45,994 nucleotides of DNA from Bacteroidales bacterium (GCA_028282585.1 JANQHR010000067.1:1-45994); one strand, 5' to 3'. Shown: positions 9,913 to 19,802, counted from the stretch's first letter. The notes: generated by a model from the letters alone, not told the origin. Program-made: numbers and translations.

Positions 9913-10674
9913 CTAATTAAAACCAAATTTTTTAAATATGTTGTTCGCTGTTTCGCTTTTAAAATATTCATATAACCTCTGAGTACTTTCTTTGTTATTT
10001 AATTTACCAATGTAGAAAGTTATTGGTTCATATAAATCTTCAGGAATTTTATGAATTTTAACTTTATCCGACTTTAGTGCTTCTGATAGATAAACAATTC
10101 CCAGGTCACATTCTTTTTGTTCAATAAGGTGTAATGTTGAAGTTACGTCTTTTGTAAGTATTATTTCATTTTTGAGTTCTGTGTACCAGTTTAATGTATC
10201 AAAAACTTGTTTTGCATACTTTCCAGCTGGTACATAATTCGAATCTCCAAAAGCAATTTTATTTTTTACATTTGACTTAATGTCAAATTCTTTGGAAAAG
10301 GTAATATTTATATTGTTATTTTTATAACAGATTAATACAAGTTTATTAATTCCAATGGTCATTATAGCTTTTTCATTTAACAATTTATTAACAATTAAAT
10401 AATCTATCCATTCCTTGTTAGCGGATATAAAAATATCTGCTTCTGCTCCATTTTTTATCTGTCTGGCCAATATCCCTGAGGCCGAATAGTTGTTGTTAAT
10501 CAAGGTATTATACTTTGACTCAAAGGAGTTGGAAATTTCCGTAGTTGGTAACAATGTGCCTGTTGCAGCAAATATTTGTATTTCTGCAGTTTTATTTTTT
10601 TTACAAGAAGTAAAAAATCCAATAAAAGCAAGCAAGGAAAAATAAAATATTAATTTATCATAATGCTTATACAT
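9913..10674 (-). CDS. modA: Molybdate ABC transporter substrate-binding lipoprotein
   Basis: SASGILARQI, ADIFISAN, VPAGKYA and GIVYLSEA motifs; lipobox-like FFTSC. The ATG at 10674 is preferred over the TTG at 10677. Confidence 0.85.
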   Translation of the reverse strand: MYKHYDKLIFYFSLLAFIGFFTSCKKNKTAEIQIFAATGTLLPTTEISNSFESKYNTLINNNYSASGILARQIKNGAEADIFISANKEWIDYLIVNKLLNEKAIMTIGINKLVLICYKNNNINITFSKEFDIKSNVKNKIAFGDSNYVPAGKYAKQVFDTLNWYTELKNEIILTKDVTSTLHLIEQKECDLGIVYLSEALKSDKVKIHKIPEDLYEPITFYIGKLNNKESTQRLYEYFKSETANNIFKKFGFN

Positions 10675-10855
10675 CAACTATAATATGAGATTTATGTTTT
10701 GTATAAAAATATAAAAAATAGTTAAAGTTATTGCCTGTTAATAATAAATGGGAAGAATTTTTCAAAGAGTGACAGGATACTTAAAATATATTTTGTGTAT
10801 TGATTAATAATAATTTAGAATAGAATCTCCTTAAAGGAGATGAAGATTAAATACT

Positions 10856-10876
10856 AAAAAAGCTCCTAATGGAGCT
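10856..10876 (-). terminator. Intrinsic terminator of dnaA
   Basis: On the minus strand AGCTCC-ATTA-GGAGCT is followed by a T run. Confidence 0.7.
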
Positions 10877-10924
10877 CATTTAAAGTGTTTGCCCTGTCCT
10901 CCGACCGACAGGTGTTAGGCGGGC

Positions 10925-12358
10925 TTAAACTTTTAGTTTTTTCTCGATAGATTCTATTTGGCTTTTAAAACGTTTGTCAGTGTCCATTAAGTTGTTAACA
11001 GTTTTACAAGCATGCAAAACAGTAGCATGATCTTTTCCTCCAATCATTGCTCCAATCGAAGCTAATGATGATTTGGTCATTGTTTTAGAGAAATACATAG
11101 CAATTTGTCTTGCTTGTACAATTTCTCTTTTTCTTGTTTTGGATTGCAATAAATCCGGTGATAAGCTGAAATAGTCACAAACTACTTTTTGAATATAGTC
11201 AACTGATATTTCCTTTTTAGAGTTTTTAACAAGCCTGTCAATCATTTGCTTTGCAAGCTCTAAGGTAATCTCTTTTTTGTTTAAAGTTGACTGTGCCAAT
11301 AAAGAAATAAGCGCACCTTCCAATTCTCGTATATTTGATGTAATATGAGATGCAATATAGTCAATTACTTCATCGGAAATATTTATACCATCATGATAAA
11401 TTTTTTGGCTCAGTATTGCCATTCTGGTCTCATAATCAGGAGTTTGCAAGTCGGCAGATAAACCCCATTTAAACCTGGATAGTAAACGTTGTTCCATTCC
11501 TTGCATTTCAACAGGAGCTTTATCTGATGTTAATATCAATTGTTTTCCAGACTGATGTAAGTGGTTGAATATATGGAAGAAAATATCCTGAGTTTTTTCT
11601 TTGCCAGCGAATTCATGAACATCATCAATAATCAATACATCAATCATTTGATAGAAATGCAGGAAATCATTTTTGTTATTATTTCTAACGGATTCTACAA
11701 ATTGGGTCTGGAACTTGTTGGCATTAACGTAAAGAACTGTCTTTTCAGGAAACTTCTCTTTAACCTTAATACCGATAGCCTGTGAAAGGTGAGTTTTCCC
11801 TAATCCTGATTCACCATATAAAAATAGAGGATTAAAGGCTGTTCCACCAGGATTATCTCCAACAGCATCACCAGCAGATCTAGCTAATCGATTGCATTCT
11901 CCTTCAACAAAATTTGCAAAACTGTTGTCCGGATTTAATCTTGGATCAACATGTAACTTCTTAATACCTGGAATAATAAATGGATTTTTTATTGATTTTT
12001 CTTCCGAGTTAATTGGAACAGTAACAGGTTTGTTTTTCAATTCAGTTTTATAATTCGTTGGAAATTTAACGGTGTAAGGTTTATTGTTAGAATATATGCT
12101 GTTTTCCATTACCACACTATACTCTAATTTTGCATTTTCTCCCAATTCTTTACGCAAGGTTTTTCTAAGAATATCTATGTATTGTTCTTCCAGATACTCG
12201 TAGAAAAATGGACTTGGAACTTGAATTGTTAATACGTTTTTTTCTAATTTGAGAGGAACAATTGGTTCAAACCACGTTCTAAAGCTTATTGAAGGTACAT
12301 TGTCTTTGATAATTTTTAAGCAATTGTTCCAAATTTCTCGATAGTTATTATTATCCAT
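10925..12358 (-). CDS. dnaA: Chromosomal replication initiator protein DnaA
   Basis: FNPLFLYGESGLGKTH, LIIDDV, RELEGAL and the domain IV motif GGKDHATVLHA. Confidence 0.98.
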   Translation of the reverse strand: MDNNNYREIWNNCLKIIKDNVPSISFRTWFEPIVPLKLEKNVLTIQVPSPFFYEYLEEQYIDILRKTLRKELGENAKLEYSVVMENSIYSNNKPYTVKFPTNYKTELKNKPVTVPINSEEKSIKNPFIIPGIKKLHVDPRLNPDNSFANFVEGECNRLARSAGDAVGDNPGGTAFNPLFLYGESGLGKTHLSQAIGIKVKEKFPEKTVLYVNANKFQTQFVESVRNNNKNDFLHFYQMIDVLIIDDVHEFAGKEKTQDIFFHIFNHLHQSGKQLILTSDKAPVEMQGMEQRLLSRFKWGLSADLQTPDYETRMAILSQKIYHDGINISDEVIDYIASHITSNIRELEGALISLLAQSTLNKKEITLELAKQMIDRLVKNSKKEISVDYIQKVVCDYFSLSPDLLQSKTRKREIVQARQIAMYFSKTMTKSSLASIGAMIGGKDHATVLHACKTVNNLMDTDKRFKSQIESIEKKLKV

Positions 12359-12707
12359 TTAACTCACAAACTTTTAAAATTTTCCACTACGTTCTTAATT
12401 GCTTTAACAAATTTGTGAAAAAAAAAAGTAAAAAAAAATTTAATTTGGGTTGTTTTTTTAGAAAAAAATCTATGGCATTTTAATTCAGTCATTTAAAATT
12501 TGAAATCTTTTAATGTTTATGTAAGTGTCAGTAAATCAGCATAATATTATTATTTAATATTAATCATTTGTTAATTAATTGTTTAATTAAATTTAACTAT
12601 AAAATGATTTAATCTCATTTTTATAATCAAAGAATTTTGTGAAGATTTTCTCAATTATTTTGTATTTTAATTTAGACTAATCCAATTGTAGATATTTGTA
12701 CCTTTTT

Positions 12708-13637
12708 TTATTCATCTTTTTTCCCAAACAATGAAAAATGAACATATCTTTTCGGATTTTCATTAAAATCAATTACAAGGCTATCTAAATCTGCAGCCAA
12801 ATTATTTAAATTATTATATAAAGAGTCGTTATTGATAAGCATACCTAATGTTCCTTCGCCTCGATTAATTCTTTGCGATATCTCACTAAATTCAGCTAAA
12901 GTTTTATTTGCATTTAGTATTGTCAATTTAATGTTAGCTTGATTCAAGGAATCACTAATTCTTGAAAAGTTCGCAAGGATATTTGAGATTTGCTCGTTAT
13001 TGTTGTTTAAATTATTTGTAATTGATTCTACATTACTTAAAATTTTATTAAGCTTAGATTTATCAGAATCAAGCATATAATTTAATTCTGAAGTTATATT
13101 ATCTATATTTTGGAGAGAGTTTTGGATATTCTCTTTTCTTTTTTCATCAAATACAATTAAAATGGCATCAATAGATTCAACAAGATCTTCAATTTTATTC
13201 TTTACTGGAATTAATTCATCAGATAAACTACTAACAAGATCTTTTTCTAATATTCCGATTAAGGTATCATTGTTAGCATGTAATTGTTTGTTATTTGAAA
13301 AATCAAGTTTAATAGCTTTTCCGGCAATCAAACTTGCTGGGTAAATGATTGCCTTTGAATTGACCGGTATGTTTATTTTTTCTTCAATTGAGAATTTTAC
13401 AATTATAAGGTCCTTCTTCTTTGGATGAAGTTTAATTGATTCTACTATACCAATTTTAAAACCGCTTATATACACAGGGCTAGCTTCTTCCAAGCCATCA
13501 ATATTTTCGTAAACTGCATAATAAGTGTCAGCCGTTGACAATAAATTTTTTCCTTTTAAAAAACTGTATCCCCAAATAAAAAAAGCTATTATTATAATTG
13601 CAATAATTCCAATTTTGGTTTCCTTATATATATTCAT
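12708..13637 (-). CDS. MCE/MlaD family protein
   Basis: N-terminal TM, MCE motif 'IDGLEEASPVYISGFKIG', helical region and Bacteroidota-type end 'NPKRYVHFSLF'. Confidence 0.88.
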   Translation of the reverse strand: MNIYKETKIGIIAIIIIAFFIWGYSFLKGKNLLSTADTYYAVYENIDGLEEASPVYISGFKIGIVESIKLHPKKKDLIIVKFSIEEKINIPVNSKAIIYPASLIAGKAIKLDFSNNKQLHANNDTLIGILEKDLVSSLSDELIPVKNKIEDLVESIDAILIVFDEKRKENIQNSLQNIDNITSELNYMLDSDKSKLNKILSNVESITNNLNNNNEQISNILANFSRISDSLNQANIKLTILNANKTLAEFSEISQRINRGEGTLGMLINNDSLYNNLNNLAADLDSLVIDFNENPKRYVHFSLFGKKDE

Positions 13638-13657
13638 GTTAGAGTATCTAAGTTGTT

Positions 13658-14848
13658 TTACTTTTTAATTCTATTAAGCGCTTTACTCAATGGTATTATA
13701 TTTTTATTTTCATCGATAGCTATTATAAATGCTCCTGGAAACTTCTCTTCTACTATCTTTTTATATTCTACAATTTTCTCAAAATTAGATGTTGATCCTA
13801 CTGTGTATTTATAATAATTCTCAAATTTATATTCTTCAACATTTTCAAACCCTTTGAAGAAATCCGAATTAATCGGAATTGAGTTTGTTGATGATGCAAT
13901 TTGTACCTTAAACTGAACAGGTCCTTTATTAGCATTACTATCCAGAGTAGCAGAAATTTGCGCATAATTAGAATTTATTGGTTCTGGTTCCGTAGCTTTT
14001 ATTTTGGTTGAATCTATTTTTGCTACAAATTGACTGTTTGCTTCAATGGTAGATTTATAACTTTTAAATGCCCTATAAATAGCCGAAGCTATGTATTCTT
14101 GTCCTGATTTACTCATTAAAAACCTTTCTTCTTGAGGATTCGTAAGAAATCCTGCCTCTATCAGAACACTTGGCATAGTTGTTTTCCATAACACTAAAAA
14201 GCCTGCTTGTTTAACGCCTCGACTTTTACGTAAAGCTCTAGTTTTAAATTCATCCTCAACAAAAGATGCATAATTTAAACTTTGTTCCAGGTGTTTATTT
14301 TGCAAAAAAGTAAATATGATATAAGATTCAGCTGAAGTAGGGTCAAAACCTTCATATTTTGTCGTATAATCTTCCTCAAATAAAATAGCAGAATTTTCAA
14401 CTTTGGCAACCTCTAAATTCCCTTCGGTTTTATGTAATCCCATTGCGTAAGTTTCAGTTCCATAAGCCCTTGAATTGGGGTTGCCATTTAAATGTATTGA
14501 TATAAATAAGTCAGCTTTATTTTTATTAGCAATATTTGCTCTTTCGTTCAAGGGTACAAAAACATCAGTTGTTCTGGTATAAATAACTTTTACATCAGGA
14601 ATATTTTCTTCGATATAGGTGCCTAGTTTTAATGCAATTGCAAGTGCTATATCTTTTTCTTTTGCTTTTTTGCCAGATGTTCCAGGATCTCTGCCTCCGT
14701 GGCCAGCATCAATTACTACAGTTTTTAATGAATATTTCTCTTCAACTTGTCCATAACTTAAATGAGTTAAAGATAAATTAAGAAAAATTAACATTAATAT
14801 GGATACCTGGCATCTAATTTGTTTAAAAAAAATCGTTATAAAATGCAT
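13658..14848 (-). CDS. N-acetylmuramoyl-L-alanine amidase (Amidase_3) with C-terminal SPOR-like domain
   Basis: VVIDAGHGG, EKDIAL, FISIH and PSVLIEAGF motifs. The start was moved to the ATG at 14848 (or further downstream) because a -7 box lies at 14914-14921. Confidence 0.9.
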   Translation of the reverse strand: MHFITIFFKQIRCQVSILMLIFLNLSLTHLSYGQVEEKYSLKTVVIDAGHGGRDPGTSGKKAKEKDIALAIALKLGTYIEENIPDVKVIYTRTTDVFVPLNERANIANKNKADLFISIHLNGNPNSRAYGTETYAMGLHKTEGNLEVAKVENSAILFEEDYTTKYEGFDPTSAESYIIFTFLQNKHLEQSLNYASFVEDEFKTRALRKSRGVKQAGFLVLWKTTMPSVLIEAGFLTNPQEERFLMSKSGQEYIASAIYRAFKSYKSTIEANSQFVAKIDSTKIKATEPEPINSNYAQISATLDSNANKGPVQFKVQIASSTNSIPINSDFFKGFENVEEYKFENYYKYTVGSTSNFEKIVEYKKIVEEKFPGAFIIAIDENKNIIPLSKALNRIKK

Positions 14849-14878
14849 GTTCTTTACTAATGTATACAATATTTTAAT

Positions 14879-14921
14879 TAGTTTTGGAGCTCTAAAAAAT
14901 AACTGTAATTGCACAAAAATA
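14879..14921. promoter_or_regulatory. Overlapping divergent -7 boxes for lptD (TAGTTTTG, +, 14879-14886) and the amidase (TATTTTTG, -, 14914-14921)
   Basis: Both match TAnnTTTG. Confidence 0.5.
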
Positions 14922-17635
14922 GTATAATTAAATTGTATTTAAAATTCAGATATTTCGTTTTTTTAAGTGTTTTTATTATTTGTATACCAAACAAAAATAT
15001 TGCCCAAAATAGAAGTCAGGGAGAAAGAGTTGATTCAAATATTGAAAACCAAAATGCATTTACAGATACTACGGCAACACTAGACTCTGTATCAGTACCT
15101 AAAAAGAATGATAATTTTATTGATACTCAGGTTAAATACAATGCCTTAGATTCGATCATATTATCAAGCGATAATAAAAAAGTTTACTTATTCAAAGAAG
15201 CAAAAGTTGAATATGGTGATATTGTTTTAGAAGCAGATTATATAGAATATGATCAGGAAAATAATTTTGTATATGCAGAAGGTGTTGAAGATACGCTTGG
15301 TGTTTTGCAAGGAAAACCTAAATTTAAAGATAAAAATGATGAGTTTATAGCTAGAACCATTAAGTATAATTTTAAAACAAAGAAAGGTTATATAGAAGAT
15401 GTTTTTACGGAAGAGGAGCAAGGGTTCTTGCATAGTTCAGAAACTAAAAAATTAGAAGATAACAGTTTTCTTTTGAGGAGCGGAAAGTATACAACCTGTG
15501 AAAATGAAGATCACCCACATTTTTATTTATCCATGTCTAAAGCTAAAGTAATACCTAACGATAAAATTATTTCCGGACCTGCTTATCTTGTTATGGAGGA
15601 TATTCCTATAAAGTTTTTGGGTATACCTTTTGGTTTTTTCCCTAGCCAAAGTGAATATTCATCTGGAGTAATTATACCCACTTATGGAGAGGAAAGGATA
15701 AGGGGTTTTTTCTTACGAGATGGAGGCTATTATTTTGGAATAAGTGATAAGATGGATTTATCTGTAACTGGTAGTATTTATTCAAAAGGATCTTGGGCTT
15801 CTGATGTAAATTACAGATATAAAAAACGCTATAAATTTAATAGTGATTTTAAATTTAGTTATTCCGAGTTTATAAAAAGTGAAGAGGGTTTACCTGATTA
15901 TGAAAAATCAAAGGATATGGCAATAAGATGGGTTCACGCTCAGGATCCAAAGGCTAATCCGAATTCAACTTTTACAGCGAGTGTTAACTATAGTACTTCA
16001 TCTTACGATCAATTTAATAGTACTTCTTTAGCCCAAAGAAATACGAATACCAAAAGTTCAAGTATTTCTTATAGCAAGAGCTGGCCGGGAAGTCCGTTTA
16101 GAATGACAGCAAAACTAAATCATAGTCAAAATAGTAATACGGAAAATATTTCATTGACCTTACCTGTAATGACTTTTAGTATGGATAGGCAATATCCATT
16201 TAGAAAGAAGAATTCAACCGGAGAAACTAAGTGGTTTGAAGATATTGTAGTACAATATACATCTAACCTTGAAAATAGGCTTAATACAAAAGATACTTTA
16301 TTATTTAATTCTGAGTATAGTGATGAATTTATAACAGGAACAAAATGGTCCGATTATGAGAATGGTTTTAAACATTCTATACCTATAAGTACCAACATTA
16401 AAATTTTACAATATTTTAATTTAACTCCAAAGATAGAATATACCGGTATTTTATATCCAAACCATGTGGAATATATTTCTACAGTGGTAAAAGATGAAGA
16501 AACCAATCAATCATATGTTGATAGGGATACAATAATGCATGAAGAACTTAAATATGCACAACTTGTAAATCCTTCAATTTCCTTAAGTGTTGGTCCTAAC
16601 ATTTATGGAATGTACCAAATGAAAAATCCTGATTCTAAATTAGTTGCTGTAAGGCATGTGATTACACCTTCCGTTGGGGCATCTTATAGGCCGGATTTGG
16701 GATCAATGGTTGATGGTTATTATAAAGTATATTATAGTGAAACTGACACATTATTTGAGAACCCACGGGAATATTCAATATTTAAAGATGGTGTTTATAG
16801 ACTTCCTGCGGCTCCTGGCGAAAGTGGATCTATTAGTTTTGGATTAAGTAATAATCTGGAAATGAAAGTTAGAGATTATGAGGACACTACAGGTACAGGC
16901 ACAAAGAAAATTAAGCTTTTAGAAAGCTTAAAATTATCTACGAGTTATAATATGTTTGCAGATTCATTAAATTGGAGTGATATTTCTATTTCCGCAAGGA
17001 CTTCCATGTTCGAAAACAAATTGAGCTTTCAGGCTGGTGCTAATATAGATCCTTATGCATTGAATCAGGAAACAGGGAGAATTATTGATGAATTTCAATG
17101 GGAAAAACAAGGCGGCATCGGTAGATTAACAAGATTTAATTTATCGGTTGACCTTCGATTAAGTCCTGGTAAGGAAAAAGAGAATGAGAAAGATGACCCG
17201 ATTGATCAGCATAATCATCAGAGAGGTGATCGTTTTTCAAAGTACGAAGATGGATATACTCAAATGCAACAGAACCTTACAAACTATGTTGATTTTGATA
17301 TTCCCTGGAGTTTAGGTATAACTTATCAATACATTTATAGTAAAAGCGGATTGGAATCAACAAAGAGTATCACGCAGACGGCTAGATTAAGCGGAGATAT
17401 TAGTTTAACCGAGAAATGGAAGATTAGCTTTACCGCCAATTATGATTTAGTAGAAAATGATTTATCAAATGGTTCTATAAATATTCATAGGGACTTACAT
17501 TGTTGGGAAGCTTCATTTCGTTGGATACCCGTTGGTACCATGCAAAGTTATAATTTCCAGATTAATGTTAAAGGATCTACATTGCGTGATTTCTTAAAAT
17601 ACAATAAACGTAAATCTTGGCAAGATAATTTATAA
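14909..17635 (+). CDS. lptD: Putative LPS-assembly outer-membrane protein LptD (Bacteroidota type)
   Basis: N-terminal OstA-like region, YTTC, 'SGVIIPTYGEE...GFFLRDGGYYF', beta-barrel and C-terminal RDLHCWE. TTG start is uncertain. Confidence 0.85.
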   Translation: MHKNSIIKLYLKFRYFVFLSVFIICIPNKNIAQNRSQGERVDSNIENQNAFTDTTATLDSVSVPKKNDNFIDTQVKYNALDSIILSSDNKKVYLFKEAKVEYGDIVLEADYIEYDQENNFVYAEGVEDTLGVLQGKPKFKDKNDEFIARTIKYNFKTKKGYIEDVFTEEEQGFLHSSETKKLEDNSFLLRSGKYTTCENEDHPHFYLSMSKAKVIPNDKIISGPAYLVMEDIPIKFLGIPFGFFPSQSEYSSGVIIPTYGEERIRGFFLRDGGYYFGISDKMDLSVTGSIYSKGSWASDVNYRYKKRYKFNSDFKFSYSEFIKSEEGLPDYEKSKDMAIRWVHAQDPKANPNSTFTASVNYSTSSYDQFNSTSLAQRNTNTKSSSISYSKSWPGSPFRMTAKLNHSQNSNTENISLTLPVMTFSMDRQYPFRKKNSTGETKWFEDIVVQYTSNLENRLNTKDTLLFNSEYSDEFITGTKWSDYENGFKHSIPISTNIKILQYFNLTPKIEYTGILYPNHVEYISTVVKDEETNQSYVDRDTIMHEELKYAQLVNPSISLSVGPNIYGMYQMKNPDSKLVAVRHVITPSVGASYRPDLGSMVDGYYKVYYSETDTLFENPREYSIFKDGVYRLPAAPGESGSISFGLSNNLEMKVRDYEDTTGTGTKKIKLLESLKLSTSYNMFADSLNWSDISISARTSMFENKLSFQAGANIDPYALNQETGRIIDEFQWEKQGGIGRLTRFNLSVDLRLSPGKEKENEKDDPIDQHNHQRGDRFSKYEDGYTQMQQNLTNYVDFDIPWSLGITYQYIYSKSGLESTKSITQTARLSGDISLTEKWKISFTANYDLVENDLSNGSINIHRDLHCWEASFRWIPVGTMQSYNFQINVKGSTLRDFLKYNKRKSWQDNL

Positions 17636-18202
17636 TTAACTTTTAACCCAATTCTTAAGTATCTGATAACCATATTTGGTCATTATTGATTCCGGATGAT
17701 ATTGAACTCCCCGAATATCAAATATCTTATGTTGTAATGACATTATATTTCCTGTTTGTTTGTCGATAGAGGTAATTTCTAATTCGGTAGGAAAGTTTTC
17801 TTTACTAACAACCCAAGAATGATATCTTCCTGTAGAAAAGATATTTGGTATATTATCATAAATATAATCTTTATTAGTTATCAGCGTTTCAAATTCTCTG
17901 CCATGATTTACTTCGGGCATATTTAATAATGTTGCACCATAGTACTCTGCTATAGCCTGATGGCCTAAACACACGCCTAAAATAGGCTTTGAATCCTTAT
18001 AATCATCAATAATCTCGTTCATTTTTTTTACATCAGAAGGTAATCCAGGTCCCGGAGAGAATACAATTTTATCAAAGTTATCAATTTCAGACAATTCTAT
18101 TTGATCATTTCTTTTAACAATTACTTGATCTGCAAATTGCTCAATGATATGAACGAGATTATACGTAAAAGAATCATAGTTATCTAAAATAAATATTTTC
18201 AC
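17636..18202 (-). CDS. Anthranilate/aminodeoxychorismate synthase component II (class I glutamine amidotransferase, TrpG/PabA)
   Basis: LDNYDSFTYNL, SPGPG, GVCLGHQ, RYHS and QYHPES motifs; GTG start. Confidence 0.92.
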   Translation of the reverse strand: MKIFILDNYDSFTYNLVHIIEQFADQVIVKRNDQIELSEIDNFDKIVFSPGPGLPSDVKKMNEIIDDYKDSKPILGVCLGHQAIAEYYGATLLNMPEVNHGREFETLITNKDYIYDNIPNIFSTGRYHSWVVSKENFPTELEITSIDKQTGNIMSLQHKIFDIRGVQYHPESIMTKYGYQILKNWVKS

Positions 18203-18271
18203 TTCGAATATGTTTTTATAGCAAGCAAATTAAATTAATTTTGTTAACCAAAACTAAAATAATAAGTAATT

Positions 18272-18646
18272 ATGAAAAAAATAATCTTTACTGAAAAAGC
18301 ACCAAAAGCAATTGGCCCATATAGTCAAGCTGTTGAGATAAATGGAACACTTTATATTTCAGGTCAGGTTCCGATCAATCCGGAAACAGGTCAAATGCCA
18401 GATGGAATTAAAAACCAAACCGAACAGGTTATGAAAAATATTGGTGCTATTTTAGAAGCAGCTGGGTATACTTTTAATAATGTTGTAAAATCTACTTGTT
18501 TATTAAAGGATATGGATGACTTTCAGGCAATGAACGAAGTTTATGGAAGTTATTACAAGGAAAATCCACCGGCAAGAGCTGCATACGGAGTTGTAAAATT
18601 ACCTTTAGATGCTTTAATTGAAATTGAAACAATTGCTGTAAAATAG
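18272..18646 (+). CDS. ridA: RidA family enamine/imine deaminase
   Basis: [19 protein letters not shown] and LIEIE motifs. Confidence 0.92.
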   Translation: MKKIIFTEKAPKAIGPYSQAVEINGTLYISGQVPINPETGQMPDGIKNQTEQVMKNIGAILEAAGYTFNNVVKSTCLLKDMDDFQAMNEVYGSYYKENPPARAAYGVVKLPLDALIEIETIAVK

Positions 18647-18664
18647 ATCATAAATATGATGTAT

Positions 18665-18695
18665 AAAAAAAGCTTCCCAAATCAGGAAGCTTTTT
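18665..18695. terminator. Bidirectional intrinsic terminator between ridA and rplI
   Basis: AAAAAAAGCTTCC-CAAATCA-GGAAGCTTTTT. Confidence 0.8.
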
Positions 18696-18716
18696 CAATG
18701 TATCATAGAATTGTAA

Positions 18717-19163
18717 TTACTCAGCTACAATTTCGAATTCGATATCAACGCTAACTTCTTTGTGTAATTTAACAGTTGCAGTATATTTACCAACTTCTTT
18801 AATTTGATCTTCCGGAATTGAAATATTTTTTCTTTCAATTTCGTATCCTTTTCCTTTCAATGCTTCTGCAATTTGAATTGTATTAACAGAACCAAAGATC
18901 TTACCGGTAGAACTTGTTTTAGCTCCAATAGATAATGATACTTTTTCAAGTTTGTTAGCAGTTTCTTGAGCTTCATTTTTAATTTTTTCTTCTTTATGAG
19001 CTCTCTGCCTAATATTTTCTTCATGCATTTTCTTAGCCGAAGGAGTTGCTGCTACTGCTAAACCTTTAGGTATTAAATAGTTTCTTCCATAACCGTTTTT
19101 AACGGTTACAATGTCGTTCTTATGACCTAAGTTTTGTATATCTTCTTTTAAAATTACTTCCAT
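18717..19163 (-). CDS. rplI: 50S ribosomal protein L9
   Basis: MEVILKEDI...GYGRNYLIP and KIFGSV motifs. Confidence 0.98.
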   Translation of the reverse strand: MEVILKEDIQNLGHKNDIVTVKNGYGRNYLIPKGLAVAATPSAKKMHEENIRQRAHKEEKIKNEAQETANKLEKVSLSIGAKTSSTGKIFGSVNTIQIAEALKGKGYEIERKNISIPEDQIKEVGKYTATVKLHKEVSVDIEFEIVAE

Positions 19164-19181
19164 TTTTGTATCCTCCGTTTC

Positions 19182-19451
19182 TTATTTCAACATATCAGTT
19201 ACATATGGCAATAAGGCTAAATGACGAGCTCTTTTAATTGCTTTAGCAACTTTTCTTTGATATTTTAAAGATGTTCCAGTAATTCTTCTTGGTAAAATTT
19301 TACCTTGTTCGTTTACGAATTTTTTTAAGAACTCAGGATCTTTATAGTCGATATACTTAATCTTATTCTTTTTGAATCGACAATATTTTTTCTTTTTAAT
19401 CTCTACAGTTGGGGGTGTAAGATATCTAATTTCCGATTGATTTTGTGCCAT
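19182..19451 (-). CDS. rpsR: 30S ribosomal protein S18
   Basis: [15 protein letters not shown] and [13 protein letters not shown] motifs. Confidence 0.98.
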   Translation of the reverse strand: MAQNQSEIRYLTPPTVEIKKKKYCRFKKNKIKYIDYKDPEFLKKFVNEQGKILPRRITGTSLKYQRKVAKAIKRARHLALLPYVTDMLK

Positions 19452-19454
19452 GGC

Positions 19455-19802
19455 TTATTCCTCCGCTTTAGTTTCTTTTTTACTTTTTTTCTTGATGCTA
19501 TACTCAACAGCATATTTATCCATTTTGAAAGTCAAGAAACGGATGATTCTTTCATCACGTCTGTATTCAGTTTCAAGTTTTTGGATAACATTGCCATCAG
19601 CTTTGAATTCAACCAAATAATAAAATCCAGTCGATTTTTTTTGGATTGGATAAGCTAGCTTTTTTAATCCCCAATTTTCTTCATGCACTATTTCAGCACC
19701 TTCATCTTTTAAAATTCCTAAGAATTTTTCAACCGCTTCCTTCATCTGAGTTTCAGACAAAACGGGAGTTGTAATGAAAACGGTTTCGTAATGATTCATC
19801 AT
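19455..19802 (-). CDS. rpsF: 30S ribosomal protein S6
   Basis: HYETVFI and [10 protein letters not shown] motifs. Confidence 0.98.
   Translation of the reverse strand: MMNHYETVFITTPVLSETQMKEAVEKFLGILKDEGAEIVHEENWGLKKLAYPIQKKSTGFYYLVEFKADGNVIQKLETEYRRDERIIRFLTFKMDKYAVEYSIKKKSKKETKAEE

Noticed and set aside
10678-10924. Moco riboswitch upstream of modA
   Set aside because: No recognisable Moco RNA conserved elements on the minus strand.
12359-12707. oriC next to dnaA
   Set aside because: AT-rich, but there is no cluster of canonical DnaA boxes and no dnaN. It cannot be supported without skew analysis.
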